This document shows, piece after piece, positions 28,300 through 45,007 of a DNA stretch of 64,000 nucleotides; position 1 is the first letter of the stretch; every line of letters begins with the position of its first letter. The notes beneath the pieces are model-generated. The model was not told the DNA's origin, did not search any database, and saw only the letters and a list, made by a program, of their open reading frames with translations. The translations under genes were made by a program, and so were the position numbers. The DNA comes from Octopus vulgaris (taxonomy: Eukaryota). The DNA lies in the NCBI GenBank assembly GCA_951406725.2, contig OX597825.1, forward strand, positions 29,946,001 through 30,010,000, read 5' to 3'.

Positions 28300-29130
28300 T
28301 GAAAGAATGGAGATGAAGCAGCAGAGATTAATGCGTATTATGCAGAATCAAAGATGTGGTGTAAATGTTGGATCACAAAATGAGAAGAAGCAGCAGAACA
28401 AGCAAAGGGCCTGGTTTCAAGGATAAGCTGACAAACCAAAAGTAGCAGTTAACCAAAATGATACAAAGACAACTTACATAATTGTCAGAAAGTGACTGGG
28501 ACAAGTAATTTTATAAATCTGCTGAAGGAAAAAATACCTATTGGGTAGAACACTTTAGAACTCATTTCCAACAACAGAGATTTTAAGATAGTATACATCA
28601 ATTACAGTTTGATGATGTAGAGATGAGAATCATCAGACAAGAAGTCAAGAGAGTGATCAAGGCAAGAGACAACGAACAGTTGCTGGTCTAGATCAGGTAT
28701 CATTTGAATTATTGAAATGTAGATGCTAAAGTACTGTAATGAACTGAGCAAATATTTGGAAAGCTACTGGCTACAACAATTTGTTCCAGAAGAGAACCAC
28801 CAAAATGTGGTTTTCACACAGTTGAAGAAAAGGCATACAGCTGATAGTAACAATTGTTGTGGAGTTATAGTGTTGTCAGCATTAGGAAAGGCTTTATTTT
28901 TCTTGCAATGTGATGCAATGGTGAGTTTTTAACTCTGTCGATGTAAAACAATAAGAAGAACAAGTAAGACAGGATTTAGAGACTTTGGGAAAAATACAGG
29001 AAGAACAACCAAATCTATACAGTATACACCATCATTGAGAAATGTCTGGAGTTCCAGTAAATATTGTCGATTTTTGTTACCTAAAAAAGGCTTTTAATGA
29101 CATTCATTGAAACTTTCTATGGTATGTCTT
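28300..29130 (+). mobile_element. Decayed RTE LINE reverse transcriptase fragment
   Basis: Remnants KKR..DSNNCCGVIVLSALGK, EEQ..GFR, IYTVYTIIEKCLEFQ and KKAF occur in RT domain order. Confidence 0.75.
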
Positions 29131-29292
29131 TTAAAACTTATGAATGCACATGTATGTGTTTGTATGCATCTATATCCATCAATCCATCTACCCATCTATC
29201 CACACACACACACACACACACACATACACACATACACACACACATACATGCTTCAAATATATAAGTCTATGAATATACATATACTGTATTTA

Positions 29293-29338
<46 letters not shown>

Positions 29339-30289
29339 GCTGCTGTGTATAATGCCTTGAAATGCATAAAACACTATTATTGTGATGTGGAGAAAAAGAA
29401 ATGCCCACTCAGATTTTACATAACAGTTGTATAAAATACAGTGAAAAATTTTACATATTTTCTAAACAACAGCAAATTCAAAAATCGTACCACATTTAAA
29501 GTCAGCCTTTGAAAAATTTAACCCAAATATGAAGGATAAAAATGACATAATTGCAGATTGTAAGCATTTTCATTTTACTTCCCATTAAATACTTTCATTT
29601 TCAATTACCTCCTCTCTCTCTCAATAGGAATCTATATGGTGTCGGTTCATTATAATAATTGCAGTATTTTAGAAACAGAAGAATTTATTTGAATGAGTTA
29701 ATGTTCACATTTCGATAATGACACAATTTATGTATTATCCTTATTTATTATTTGTTATTTTAATCTTTACATTAAATCATTAAATTTACATTTTTGATAA
29801 TGAAAGTATCATATTTTGGCCTTTGATGGCAATAATTCCAGGAGACCTATGTTTGCCTGCTATGGCAAAATATTTAAAATATCATCACTATCATAGAAAA
29901 TTTGGCATTGGTTTTTTTTATATAAATGGATTATCACTTATTGTGTCCTCTTCCATGACCCACTGCTATTTTCCTTACATACCCCTCAACTGAGCCTCAC
30001 CATTGCTCATGATTCTATCCATGTTCACCATTTACTGCTTTCAGTTCAGTCCTCACCTAAACCATCTGTCACTCTCCTTTCACTCTCTTGTGAACATACA
30101 TACCTCAATTTTCTGCTCTTATTCTATCTTTATACACCTTTTTGTATCTTTAAGGTATGCACTGACACCTTATTTTCACCATGCCTTCTCTCTTTCCATC
30201 TGGTGTATCCATATCTTTTCTACAGTATGACATATGTTCTTGTCCCCCTTTCCTACATCAGACTCCCTAAATCTGGCACAATACTGCAC

Positions 30290-31140
30290 CCTTACACTCT
30301 CAAGGGAATTTTACTTGTGAATTACTCAGTGATCTCACTAGAGCTGGTGCCATGAAAAGACACACAGTACCCTCTTGTAGAGTGGTTGGTATTAAGAATG
30401 GAGGCAAGCTGGCAGAAACGTTAGCACGCCGGGCGAAATGCTTAGCGGTATTTCATCTGCGTTACATTGTGAGTTCAAATTCCGCCGAGGTCGACTTTGC
30501 CTTTCATCCTTTCGGGGTCGATAAATTAAGTACCAGTTACGCACTGGGGTTGATGTAATCGACTTAATACCTATGTCTGTCCTTGTTTGTCCCCTCTGTG
30601 TTTAGCCCCTTGTGGGCAATAAAGAAATAGGTATTAAGAATGGCATCCAGCTATTGAAACGATGCCAAAGTAGACATTGGTGCATGAGGCAATCCTCCAA
30701 TATGTCTGACAGAAATGTTAGCATGCCGGGCAAAATGCTTAGTGGTATTTCGTCTGCCGCCACATTCTGAGTTCAAATTCTGCCAATGTCGACTTTGCCT
30801 TTCATCCTTTTGGGGTCGATAAATTAAGTACCAGTTACACACTGGGGTCAATATAATCAACTTAATTCGTTTGTCTGTCCTTGTTTGTCCTCTCTGTGTT
30901 TAGCCCCTTGTAGGTAGTAAAGAAATAGGTATTTCATCTGTCTTTATGTTCTGAGTTCAAATTCTGCCAAGGTCGACTTTGCCTTTCATCCCTTTGGGGT
31001 CGATCAAATCGACTGGCCCCCTCACTCAAAATTTTGGGCCTTGTACCTAGAGTAGAAAAGAATATGCCTGACCCTGTCACCACATCCACCTGTGCCAGGA
31101 GGGAAGGTGGATGTTAAATGGTATCATCGATGACGATGAT
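30290..31140 (+). mobile_element. Family D element interrupted by three family B SINE segments (30402-30629, 30706-30927, 30928-31062)
   Basis: 14-bp TSD ggtattaagaatgg at 30388-30401 and 30630-30643. Confidence 0.85.
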
Positions 31141-31372
31141 GGCGTTATAGTGATTTAACTCTGTTATGCATCAATCGGTTTGGACAGCAAATATAACTTG
31201 CTCAGACACTAGCCCAACCCAAGGTGCCATACCAAAGGATTGAACTCGATATCATGTGGCTGAGATGCAAACTGCTTGACTGCACAAACATACCTATACG
31301 TATTTGTGTGTATATGTGTGCATGTGCATGCATATGTTATGAATTATATCAATATATAATATAAAAACATCC

Positions 31373-31419
<47 letters not shown>

Positions 31420-31475
31420 TATAGTATATAAATAATATGTGTGTGTATGCATAATCAAGTGCGTCTATATATACA

Positions 31476-31635
31476 TTGGCTGGTAAAAATCTCAAACTGT
31501 AGGTGCATAACGGTGCACAACAGTGCACAATAAGATTCATAGAAATTTTCATATAAGTATTAAGCAAATCAACAGGATATATTCATGAATGTTATTTAAA
31601 AGCATTTCATTTCGAAAATCATAATCTACTTCATA
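31476..31635 (-). pseudogene. Frameshifted exon-like segment
   Basis: ttcag|A YEVDYDFRNEMLLNNIHEY, frameshift, then PVDLLNTYMKISMNLIVHCCAPLCTYSLRFLPAN|gtatat. Confidence 0.45.
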
Positions 31636-32904
31636 TCTGAATATACCAGTGTCTCTCTCCCTAACATACATACATATATACAAGTGTGTGTGTGTATGCA
31701 TATATATATATATGTATGTGTGTATATATATATCTATATATATATATATATATATACACATTCACAAACTGATACATAGGGACAGACTATGTCAAATAAC
31801 TAATGGATGTCTGTTGGTCATGATGCAATTCTTGGTATTGGCAACATGAAAAAATAGCAATGAAAGTCACTATGTTCAACTGAGTATTATTACAATTAAA
31901 TGTCAGGTCTATACCATTTGATGCTCTTTTAAGAATAATCTTTTAAAAGTCAATTGTATTTAGTATTTTATTAGTTCCATTGATCTTTACTATTAGACAA
32001 ACTATAGAAATTTTTTTTTTTATTTTGGTTATTTATCTACTTATTTTTGATCTCTTTTCCATGCAGTATTTCATTGATTCAAATCATAGTAAAAAAAAAA
32101 AAAATAATGAAATCAAATGAAAGCTGCTTTTGTTACCAAATTCAACAATCTTTAATTTAGTAAAATGTCTTAACGTTTTACGGAATTAAACAAAAATGTA
32201 ATAAAAATTGTCGATGTTCCTAATCTTATTTTCTTCATCTTGAAAATATCTTCACTCGATTATCACTAACATTTCAACAGTACACAATTACTTACGATAA
32301 AAGATCAATCAAGCATTATCTTTTTAATGATTTTGAAATTTTATAGACTTTTTTTTAAATAGATGGATAAAAGTTGGAAGATTATTATTGGAATGTTATG
32401 CAAGGTGTTGTTTCTCGGTTTTCTATACTTTATATTGATTTCTTACGTGGGTTACAAGGTCTCTCACATTTATGAAATGAGCATGTGGTGGGGCATTCAT
32501 GCATTTCTCAAAGACATTAGCAACTCATCTTATTAGAACGAGCTCTTTCATTAATCATCATCATCATTGTTTAACCGTGGTCGAGGCAATGGAATTTACC
32601 ATGCTACGCCAGACTTCACGGTCCATCATGGCATTACGGAGGTCCTGTTGCTGGATGCCTGTATCCCTGGAGATTACATCAGGGTAGGAGAGTGTGCGCC
32701 CTCTGGTATTAATACAAGGATGCAAACAGAGTTGCTCGTGCTCACACCTGCAAAAAGAGCTTCTTTCAGTTTTTGTCTACCAAATCCACTCACAAGGCTG
32801 TTAATCCAGGCACTTATTTAAGATGATGTATAATGAGGCTAAACCCCCAAATCATGTTTTGGTAAAACAAACTTCTGAACCAGACAAACTTACGTGTAAA
32901 ATAT

Positions 32905-33313
32905 TCTTTACTACTATAGGCACAAGGCCCAAAATTTTGGGGGAGGGGCCCAGTCGATTAGAACGACCCCAGTATACAACTAGTACTTAATTTATCGACC
33001 CTGAAAGGTAAAGTTGACCGTGGCAGAATTTGAACCCAGAACGTAAAGATAGGTGAAATACTGCTAAGCATTTCGCCCAGCATGCTAATGTTTCTTATTT
33101 CTTTATTGCCCACAAGGGGCTAAACACAGAGGGGACAAACAAGGACAGACAAAGGGATTAAGTCGATTAAATCGACCCCAGTGCATAACTGGTACTTAAT
33201 TTATCGACGCCAAAATGATGAAAGGCAAAGTTGACCTCGATGGAATTTGAACTTAGAATGTAATGGCAGACGAAATACTGCTAAGCATTTCGCCCGGCAT
33301 GCTAATGTTTCTT
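32905..33313 (-). mobile_element. Two tandem or nested family B SINEs
   Basis: catgctaatgtttctta is duplicated at ~33081 and ~33298. Confidence 0.85.
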
Positions 33314-33843
33314 ACATGTAAAATATTGTGTGTTATTTAAGACTCAGTAAAACTCTGAGAACTTCTAATGAAATATTATATATATAAGAGGTTGTTGATA
33401 AGAGCTGCAGTTTTTTTTTCTTAAATCAATCTCACTAAGGTAACAAGTAACTAGCATTAAACTATTTAGTTATAAAATAAAAGAGGGGAAAATACAAAAA
33501 ATCTAAAGATATGCTATCCTAAAAAAATTTATAAAATTATCGACACAGGATTATAAAGAATTTAAAGTTCTATTTATCAGGAAAACACTAAGAAAAAAAG
33601 TTTCATGAAATAGATATACGAAGAACATAACCACCAGAGTAGAAACCCTTCTCACAAGATGGGACAACAGCAGTGAAAAGACAAGAATTAGCAGAAAGAT
33701 GATACTTTTGATTAGTAAACTTTAAAGAGAAAAAGAGAATAAAGTTCAGAGGGAAAAATGGTTATGGAAGTATATATAGAATAAAGATAAAGAAGAAATA
33801 GAGTTTATCTGCCAAAATAAAACCAATGATGTCAGTAACTTAC

Positions 33844-33981
33844 CTTTGAGCTCAGTTGAGGAGAGACAGATAAAAAGGAGCTCAATATAGAGAACTAACA
33901 TTCGTAGCAACAGATCTGTAAAAAATGTTAGATTTAAAAGACATGGTATTTGCAATGTCAAGCCATTCATGGCAGATTTTT
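33844..33981 (-). pseudogene. Open 138-nt exon-like segment, probably part of the decayed minus-strand gene
   Basis: cttgtag|AA KSAMNGLTLQIPCLLNLTFFTDLLLRMLVLYIELLFICLSSTELK G|gtaagt, phase 1-1. Confidence 0.45.
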
Positions 33982-34098
33982 CTACAAGTATGAGGCCACA
34001 TCAAAAGCAGTATGGGACATTTTGGCACAGCTGTTTTTGGCACTGACTATCTGGCATCACTGATACAATGCTGATTTATTTGACGTCAGGCATTTTAA

Positions 34099-34319
34099 CT
34101 CTTTCATTACCAACCTGGCTGAAGCCGGCTCTGGCTTTGTAGTGCAAAGGTCTTGTTTTCATAAGTTTTGAATTAAAATCTTCCCCAAAATTTTAGTCAC
34201 AATTTATGTTCCTAACACTGGCTGAATGATAACTAAGTTATTTTACTAAATTCTTTGTTATACCTAAAGTAATTGAAAAAAACACAGAGCATCTCAAAAT
34301 AAATACAGTAACGAAAGGG
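34099..34319 (-). mobile_element. piggyBac-type MITE
   Basis: TTAA TSDs; reverse complement of 22597-22815. Confidence 0.85.
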
Positions 34320-34591
34320 TTAATGTTTCTCTCATTTTCATATTTTTCCTTTTCTTCCTCTTCTCTCTCCTTTCCTTTGCTCTCCCTTCCGCTCTGTATG
34401 TATATGTGAAGAAGGCAAGTGTTGAAGTCAATTGTATTCAATTAATAAGTTCTAATGTCTCTTTCTCTCTCTCTCTATTTTTCTCTCACTCAATGTGTTT
34501 GTATATGTATATTTCTGCATAGACGTACACGGGTTCATGTACAAATGTGGGTGTATATGTGTTTACCTCCAGTACCTAAAAAGTACAGATA

Positions 34592-34992
34592 GGCGCAGGA
34601 GTGGCTGTGTGGTAAGTAGCTTGTTTACCAACCACATGGTCCCGGGTTCAGTCCCACTGCGTGGCAACTTGGGCAAGTGTCTTCTACTATGGCCTCGGGC
34701 TGACCAAAGCCTTGTGAGTGGATTTGGTAGACGGAAACTGAAAGAAGCCCGTCATATATATGTATATATATGCATGTATGTGTTTGTGTGTCTGTGTTTG
34801 TCCCCCTAGCATTGCATGACAACCGATGCTGGTGTGTTTATGTCCCCGTTACTTAGCGGTTCGGCAAAAGAGACCAATAGAATAAGTACTGGGCTTACAA
34901 AAGAATAAGTCCTGGGGTCGAGTTGCTCGATTAAAGGCGGTGCTCCAGCATGGCCGCAGTCAAATGACTGAAACAAGTAAAAGAGTAAAGAG
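34592..34992 (+). mobile_element. Family A CORE-type SINE, full length and young
   Basis: A/B boxes, CORE-like cttgggcaagtg, CpGs retained. Confidence 0.92.
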
Positions 34993-35129
34993 TATACAAA
35001 ACAGGTGCAATGTCCAGTTTGTTGTACAATTTGCCAGAGTCCAAACAATTGCACCCACTCATTTCATTCCGGCATCAAGAGTCTTTCATTACATTAGGTC
35101 CTTAGCATGGTTATACTCTCTTTTTTTTT

Positions 35130-35590
35130 TGCTCTTTTTACTTGTGTCAGTCACGTGACTTTGGCCATGCTGGAGCACCACCTTTAGTCGAGCAAATCGA
35201 CCCCAGGACTTATTCTTTGTAAGCCTAAGGCCATGCTGGAGCACTACCTTTAGTCAAGCAAATCGACCCCAGGACTTATTCTTTGGAAGCCTAGTACTTA
35301 TTCTATTGGTCTCTTTTGCTGAACCGCTAAGCTACGGGGGTGTAAACACACCAGCATTGGTTGTCAAGTGGTATTTGAGGGACAATCACAGACACACAAA
35401 CATACACACACACATATATATACATATATACGATGGGCTTCTTTCAGTTTCCCCCTACTACCAAATCCACTCACTAGGCTTTGGTTGACCCAAGGCTATA
35501 GTAGAAGACACTTTCCCAAGGTGCCATGCAGTGGGATTGAACCCAGAACCATGTGGTTCATAAGCAACTTTCATTAATACAGCTACTCCA
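35130..35590 (-). mobile_element. Family A SINE with an internal ~66-bp tandem duplication
   Basis: ggccatgctggagcac...cttattctttg occurs at ~35163 and ~35229. Confidence 0.9.
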
Positions 35591-36200
35591 CATCATATGA
35601 ATGGTTTTAGTCTACATTCACAATAATCTTTCATTTGTTTAAGAATCTAGTTTCGAATCTACTGACCATGCCTTCCTTTATTTTCACTTGGCCTTCTTAT
35701 ATTCTATTAATTCTTTTTATTTCTTTTATTTTCCTCAGTTCTCTTAAAATTGCGCTCTCATTGATATTGAATATGACCAAATTAGATAATTAAATTCTAA
35801 TCTACCTCAATAATTAGACTGAACTTTAATTTCAGTAGTCACTAAAATATTTAATCCTAATATTCCTACAAATATTCTCTTGCCTCAGAAAATAATAATA
35901 AAACACTTAAAAATGATAAGAAAAGTAAAATCAATATTTGTACTATTGGGTTTTTAGACATTAAACACATAATTCTTTAAATACAAAAATTACAGTTTCT
36001 ACAGAAAAGCATTTTATACATTGCATCATATTCCTCCCTACCCATTTATTATCATTATTATTATTATTATTATTATCATTATATTTATTTTTATTATTAT
36101 TATTTTAATATTGTTGTATTTCGGAATGGTCATTTTGCCAGTTTAACAAATATTATTTTAATATTTTTTATCATTATCATCATCATCATTATTATTATTA

Positions 36201-36249
<49 letters not shown>

Positions 36250-36549
36250 CATTGTTGTTATTATTATTATTATTATTATCCTCTGGTTTCATGTTCTGAG
36301 TTCAAATTTCAACAAGATTCACAATGCCTTTCATTTTTTCAGCCTTGATGAATAAGTTCCACTTAAGCATTGGGGCTGATGTAACCCGCTAGCCCCCTCC
36401 CTCAAAATCTCAGGCCACTTGCCTAAACAAGCTTATTATTATTGTTGCTGTTGTTGTTGTTGTTCTAAGTTCTTTCACTCAGCATTCTGTTGTTGCTCTG
36501 TGAATATTAGGTTGCTGGGTGGGAAGCTGTATTTACAACTTTAGACATC

Positions 36550-36780
36550 TAGTACCATTCTCATAGTTCTCGCAGTGCCAAGCAAATAGGCAATCTATAC
36601 TATCAGAAACTTCATCTTGATATACAGCATCTTCAACCAACCGACCATTTAAACTTCTTGCATCTTCCTACGGCTTTTTCTTTACAATTGGGATAATGAT
36701 AACTATATGGAAATTCCAAATTCTCAGAAGTTCTTGGTATTTTTCTATTTTCTCTTCTTCAGTGTCTACCAAGCAATATC
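36550..36780 (-). mobile_element. R4/Dong-clade LINE C-terminal remnant
   Basis: EEEKIEKYQEL-LRIWNFHIVIIIPIV ... LLGTARTMRMVLDV. Confidence 0.75.
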
Positions 36781-37372
36781 GATTAAGCTGTGCACTTGTT
36801 TCTCACTTAGAATATATTAAATTTTTAAAGTTATTTTTTTCTTCTTATCAGTTTTAATCTAAAGAATCAAGGCATTAAAACCAAAACTAAGTTGTGTAAA
36901 GTGTAAATGTACGTAGCAGGTGTTATTGTCAAGAATGTGGCTGAAGAAAATCCAAAGTTTCAACAATGCTCATTGTAATAGAATAAGGAGTTAAGCAGGT
37001 TGTTTGTTGCTTTGCTTTTGCATCCTTCTTAGTTTTGCATCTTTTGCTTGGAGGCAGTCCTTAAACATCTCCATAAAACTGAACTTTATCTGTTCCAAAA
37101 CAAGGTACAGGCATTGCTGTGTGGTTTATCAAATTTGATTCTCAGCCATTTGGCTTTCAGTTCAGTCCCACTGTGTGGCCCATTAGGCAAATGCTTTCTA
37201 TTACAGCCCTGGACTTACGTTAGCAAATTTGATAGAGAGAAAATAAAACAACACAGTCATGTGTATGTGTGGTTGTGCATGCACGCATGCGTTTGCATGT
37301 GTGTGTATGTGCGCACGTGTGTGTGTGTGTGTCTTTACAATCTATGCTGAACTATATTTGGAAACAATGATA

Positions 37373-37461
37373 TTACTGCTTGTGGCTGGGCTGTAATTCT
37401 TGATGATTTTTGATGTTTCCTGTCAACACATCATCTGCAAGCTCTGTACTTCCACATTCTT
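37373..37461 (-). pseudogene. Exon-like segment with strong acceptor
   Basis: Long polypyrimidine tract, then catccag|AA ECGSTELADDVLTGNIKNHQELQPSHKQ*. Confidence 0.3.
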
Positions 37462-38659
37462 CTGGATGACAAAAAGATAAAAAATTAAAAAATAAGGAAA
37501 TCGTGTACTGGAAGAAAGAATCATATACTTGGTTGCAGGAATAGCATATAACCATAAAAAGAAAATAATGCCTCACTTCCCTCTTGTCTAAGACATGCAA
37601 ACAGGGAAAAACAGTCATCATACAAAACAAACAAATGAATAATCAAATGAATTCTATAGTCTTCTAATAGAGAATACTCTGAGTATTATTCATCCCATTG
37701 TCTTTCTCTCTCAGACTAACACATACCAATTTCTCTTGATTAGACAGAAAGCTATGTTTTGTAGGGGAATGGAATATTGTTTATGGAATCACATCCAGTG
37801 TATTGCAAGTATTTTGGTGCATCCATAACAAAGGAATATAAAAAAAAAATCTATCCTGGTGGGAATTGAACTTAGAAAAAAAGATAACCTAAACTAAAAC
37901 ATATTGTATGACAAGCAGTCTAGTAATTTTTTTCTGCTCACTCAATGCTCGAAGACTAATGAATAATTATTTTTAAAACAATAAAGAGTGAAATTTAGAG
38001 AATTCTTTGTTTAACTTGACGACGTCAAAGAAATAAAAAACATCAACACACCATTGTTAAATACTCATACAGTTTCAACATATTTTTTTAAAAACTTTCA
38101 ACTGATCTAATTACTTGGTGTTCATTACAGTTGGAAATAATTGATTTTCATATCCAACTGAAATTTTTATTTATGTTTTTAATCTTTTTCATTTTCTAGT
38201 TTTAATAAATTACTTCAGAATTTTGCTGTTAATATCATATTCTCTCTTTCTCTATCTCTATCTATGTCTGTCTATCTCTGTATCTCTCTCTCTCTCTTTC
38301 TATCTCTCTCTCCTGTCTCTTTCTTCTCCAATCTCCCTCTCTTTCTCTCTCTATTCACATATATGCATACATCTATATACACATATACACAGATGTATGT
38401 ACATATATGCAATATATGTATGTACATGTACATATATATCTAAATATGTATACATAATATATATATATATAATATATATATTTATATACATATAAATATG
38501 TATATTAATATGTATATTTTTAGACATATTTTATAAGCATTTGAATCAGCACCATGCAACTTATAGTTTCATTTGCTAGTGGAACAAACCTAACTCTCCG
38601 GGCATCTAAAGATGAATAAAAGGATATGAGACTGCATCATTTCCCTTAATTATTCTCTA

Positions 38660-38710
38660 GACGTCTGATGAGCGTATGAAACTCTAACATACATGGAACT
38701 GAGTCAAACT
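38660..38710 (+). ncRNA. Degenerate hammerhead motif, Penelope pLTR-like
   Basis: gt CTGATGA GCGTATG..CATAC at GGAAC tga GTC aaac; the GAAA box is mutated. Confidence 0.4.
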
Positions 38711-38859
38711 GTTATTAAATAATATATGTAACTCCTACTGAATGTGCTGCATTCCACTTTCATCTGTCCACTCATTTGTATTTCTATATATGTATGTAGA
38801 TACACTTATGCAAGTATAATACCTTGTTTGTAGAAGTTTTATCTATACATAGTCAAATT

Positions 38860-40110
38860 GTAAATAATGAAAGTAAATTAACTATATTGTAGGATTTTTA
38901 TCTGTGGATGGTGTGTTTTTGTGTGTGTGCCATTCTTGTGTTGGCACCCTTTGACTTTCCAGTTCTGTGACTCATTTGTTCAAATGTTACCTTCTTATTA
39001 CATCAAATTCGTATATATATATACACACACATGCACATACATGTGTGTGTGTGTCTTGTATTGTTTGTTTTATGTAATTGCTCCTAATATTTGTTTTACA
39101 AGCTAATGAATTGAAATGAAATGCTGGATGAGCTTTTTTATAATTAACACTTTTGGAGCACCAAAAGACGGATTTTTCTCCTTTTGTGTAACATAGGTAG
39201 AAATCACATATCAGTCTTCTCGAGGCTTGTATTCTTGTATTGTGAGGGCCTCATAAGTTAAAAACTACTTCCAAGTAACAATATCTGTAAAAATGGTAGT
39301 TGGCTGATTCATTAAAACATCAGACTAAATGCTTTGCAGTATTTAGTTATGGTTCTTTACTTTCTGAGTTCAAATCCTGCTATGGTCAACTTCGTATTTT
39401 AACCCTTTAAGATAGTAAAAATAAAGTTCTACATAAGCATCAGAGTTGATTACATCAATGATTAGCATTGAGGTTGTTGTTACCAATTAAACTCCTTCCT
39501 TTGAAAAGTACTGGCCTTATGCCTAAATTAAAAATAGTTATAATTGCAAGTTCTCCTCTAGTAACTCACAGAATTTAGAATATTTTAAAACTTAATACTA
39601 ATTTTTAAAATATTTTATGCCAGGAAATATAAAACCATTGTTATTGGGAGGTTTCAGCTCACCACAGATGGATGGCTAAAAAGTTATGGTCTAAAATTTA
39701 TCTGTTTAGACTTAGCTGTACAAATTAGTTTGTGTTCTTTGTTCAAACTCATACTGCAAAAAAGTCAAGACCATCAAGAAGCAATAAAACTAAACATTAT
39801 AATCAATAGAATTGTCATAACATATATATATATATATATGTAAAAATTGAACACCTGTCCAGTGGCTTCCCTTCTGTCTAATAATTTCAAGGTTACATAT
39901 GTCATAAAAAGTTTTATAAAGATACAATGACAAATCATAATCCAATTTGCCTTGTGATATCTTCATGTTATGTATCTAGGGCATGCATTGAATAAGTCAT
40001 AAAATTTTATGACACTATAGCAATTTATAATCTCCTTTTTCAATCCTCATAGACACTTTCCTTCTGGAGTCACCCCACCTATGAGGAACATTCCTTTAAT
40101 GGGTAATGTC
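38860..40110 (-). pseudogene. Decayed exon-like segments
   Basis: ttttacag|..IVTWK*FLTYEALTIQEYKPRED*YVISTYVTQKEKNPSFGAPKVLIIKKLIQHIHF; also MKISQGKLDYDLSLYLYKTFYDICNLEIIRQKGSHWT G|gt. Confidence 0.3.
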
Positions 40111-40129
40111 TTCTACCACATGTATATTT

Positions 40130-40500
<371 letters not shown>

Positions 40501-40585
40501 TGTATGTCCATTTCTCTATCACTAAATGCTTTATAAATGTTTGTTTATTAATATTAACTGTCATCTCTTTTTCTTCTCTTTGCAG

Positions 40586-40770
40586 TACCACAAGAACGAC
40601 ATCAAAACACTAGTAATCCAAATAATATCAACAATAACCACTACAGCAACAATGATAGTCATAATAGCAGAACAGACAGAACTGAATCATCAGCTTCGAA
40701 AATATTTTCCTTACTGACTGTACCAGCTCTGATTTTCTACACAGTTTGGTGGAACTTAGCGTTTTCCTGA
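40586..40770 (+). CDS. Possible terminal exon of a GPI-anchored or cell-surface protein
   Basis: Very strong acceptor ctcttttttcttctctttgcag. Phase-1 frame PQERHQNTSNPNNINNNHYSNNDSHNSRTDRTESSASKIFSLLTVPALIFYTVWWNLAFS* gives a polar linker, small residues and a hydrophobic tail. No upstream exons were found in the window. Confidence 0.35.
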
Positions 40771-41070
40771 AAACTGCTTGAATTTTTAGAGCAATTTTGT
40801 ATATTATGGGGAAAAAAATGCCGGAAAAGGTTGTAAACTGTTTAGCAAAGTGTAAATCAATGGAGTCATCCAGTATTTGCTCTTTAGGCATGACAAACAG
40901 GTCTGCTGGAATAAGAGCAATCCCAGAGAGAAGAAGGCCAATGCTCTTAACAATAGTTAAAAGCCTTTGTGGGCAAGCAGTTAGATGACTTATCCATAGT
41001 GCTATGTAATCAGACACAGGCCAAGGGCAATTCAACTAACAGTCTGTTAAATAATATGAAATGAAGTTAT
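40715..41070 (-). pseudogene. Long exon-like segment (118 codons, one TAG), tentatively RNF213-like
   Basis: catttccag|AT NFISYYLTDC*LNCPWPVSDYIALWISHLTACPQRLL...ELVQS|gtaagg. The TAG at 41038-41036 could also act as an alternative acceptor. Confidence 0.5.
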
Positions 41071-41278
41071 CTGGAAATGAAATAGGTAAAAAGAAGAAAA
41101 GAATTACTTGAAAGAACTAGGGTTAAAGAAAATGTAACAAAAATCTCCAAAGCTACAATAATTTATATATAAACAAATAATTAATAAATTTTATATTAAT
41201 AAGAAATATTAGTTAGTATGAGAGAACCATAATGACTAACATGAGCAGAATGCTTTATGTGAAAACACACAAACACAT

Positions 41279-44300
<3,022 letters not shown>

Positions 44301-45007
44301 GACACTCAGAGAATTATAAATGCTTATACATTTTTATTAACTATGCCGCTCTGAACATTAGCAATATATTATAGAGCTGGTCAGTTTAAAAGTCAAAGCT
44401 CAGAAGCTTTGTCACTACAGCAATGTTCTGTCACTATAGGTCATAGAAGGTTATGTGGTTATGTTTTGTCATGTCTTTCATTTTCTTGCAGAAGTACAAA
44501 CAAATTTGTCTACTAATTATGTATATTGATGTTGAGCCACCATTCTCAATATTTTCAATATGCATTTAGAGAAAACAAAAACCAAAAATGAAGCGAAAAA
44601 TTTCTAAAAAAAAAAAAAGAAAAAATGAAGGAAGAAATTAAAATATATAAAGAAACTCTTATTATTACAGCATTCACCAATCATTTTATGTGAGTAAAGA
44701 TGGACATTTCTCACAGAACATATTGCAAATTTCAAAAGGTTACAGAAGGACATGCAGCAACCATCATGGAGATATGGTTTATTTTATGCGTGCATACAAA
44801 ATGTCTGCATGAGCAAGTTATTCTTCTACTCAACCTATCTAACTGTTTTGGTTAAAATTAAAATAAAGAGACAAATATAATCTAAAAAGAAATCAGAAAC
44901 CAGCAGACACAATTGGACAGTAAAGGAGGAAGAGGTTTTTCTCCTCTATAATTATTATTTCTAACTGAAAGCTAGAAATATGAAAACAGAAAAGGGACAT
45001 AAAATAC

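Noticed and set aside
32362-32536. 57-aa hydrophobic ORF MDKSWKIIIG...
   Set aside because: Short and T-rich, and several frames on both strands look equally plausible.
39195-39290. Plus-strand Ig-like motif RGLYSCIV as an upstream exon of the GPI-like exon
   Set aside because: An in-frame TAA follows immediately and there is no usable donor, so it is probably chance.
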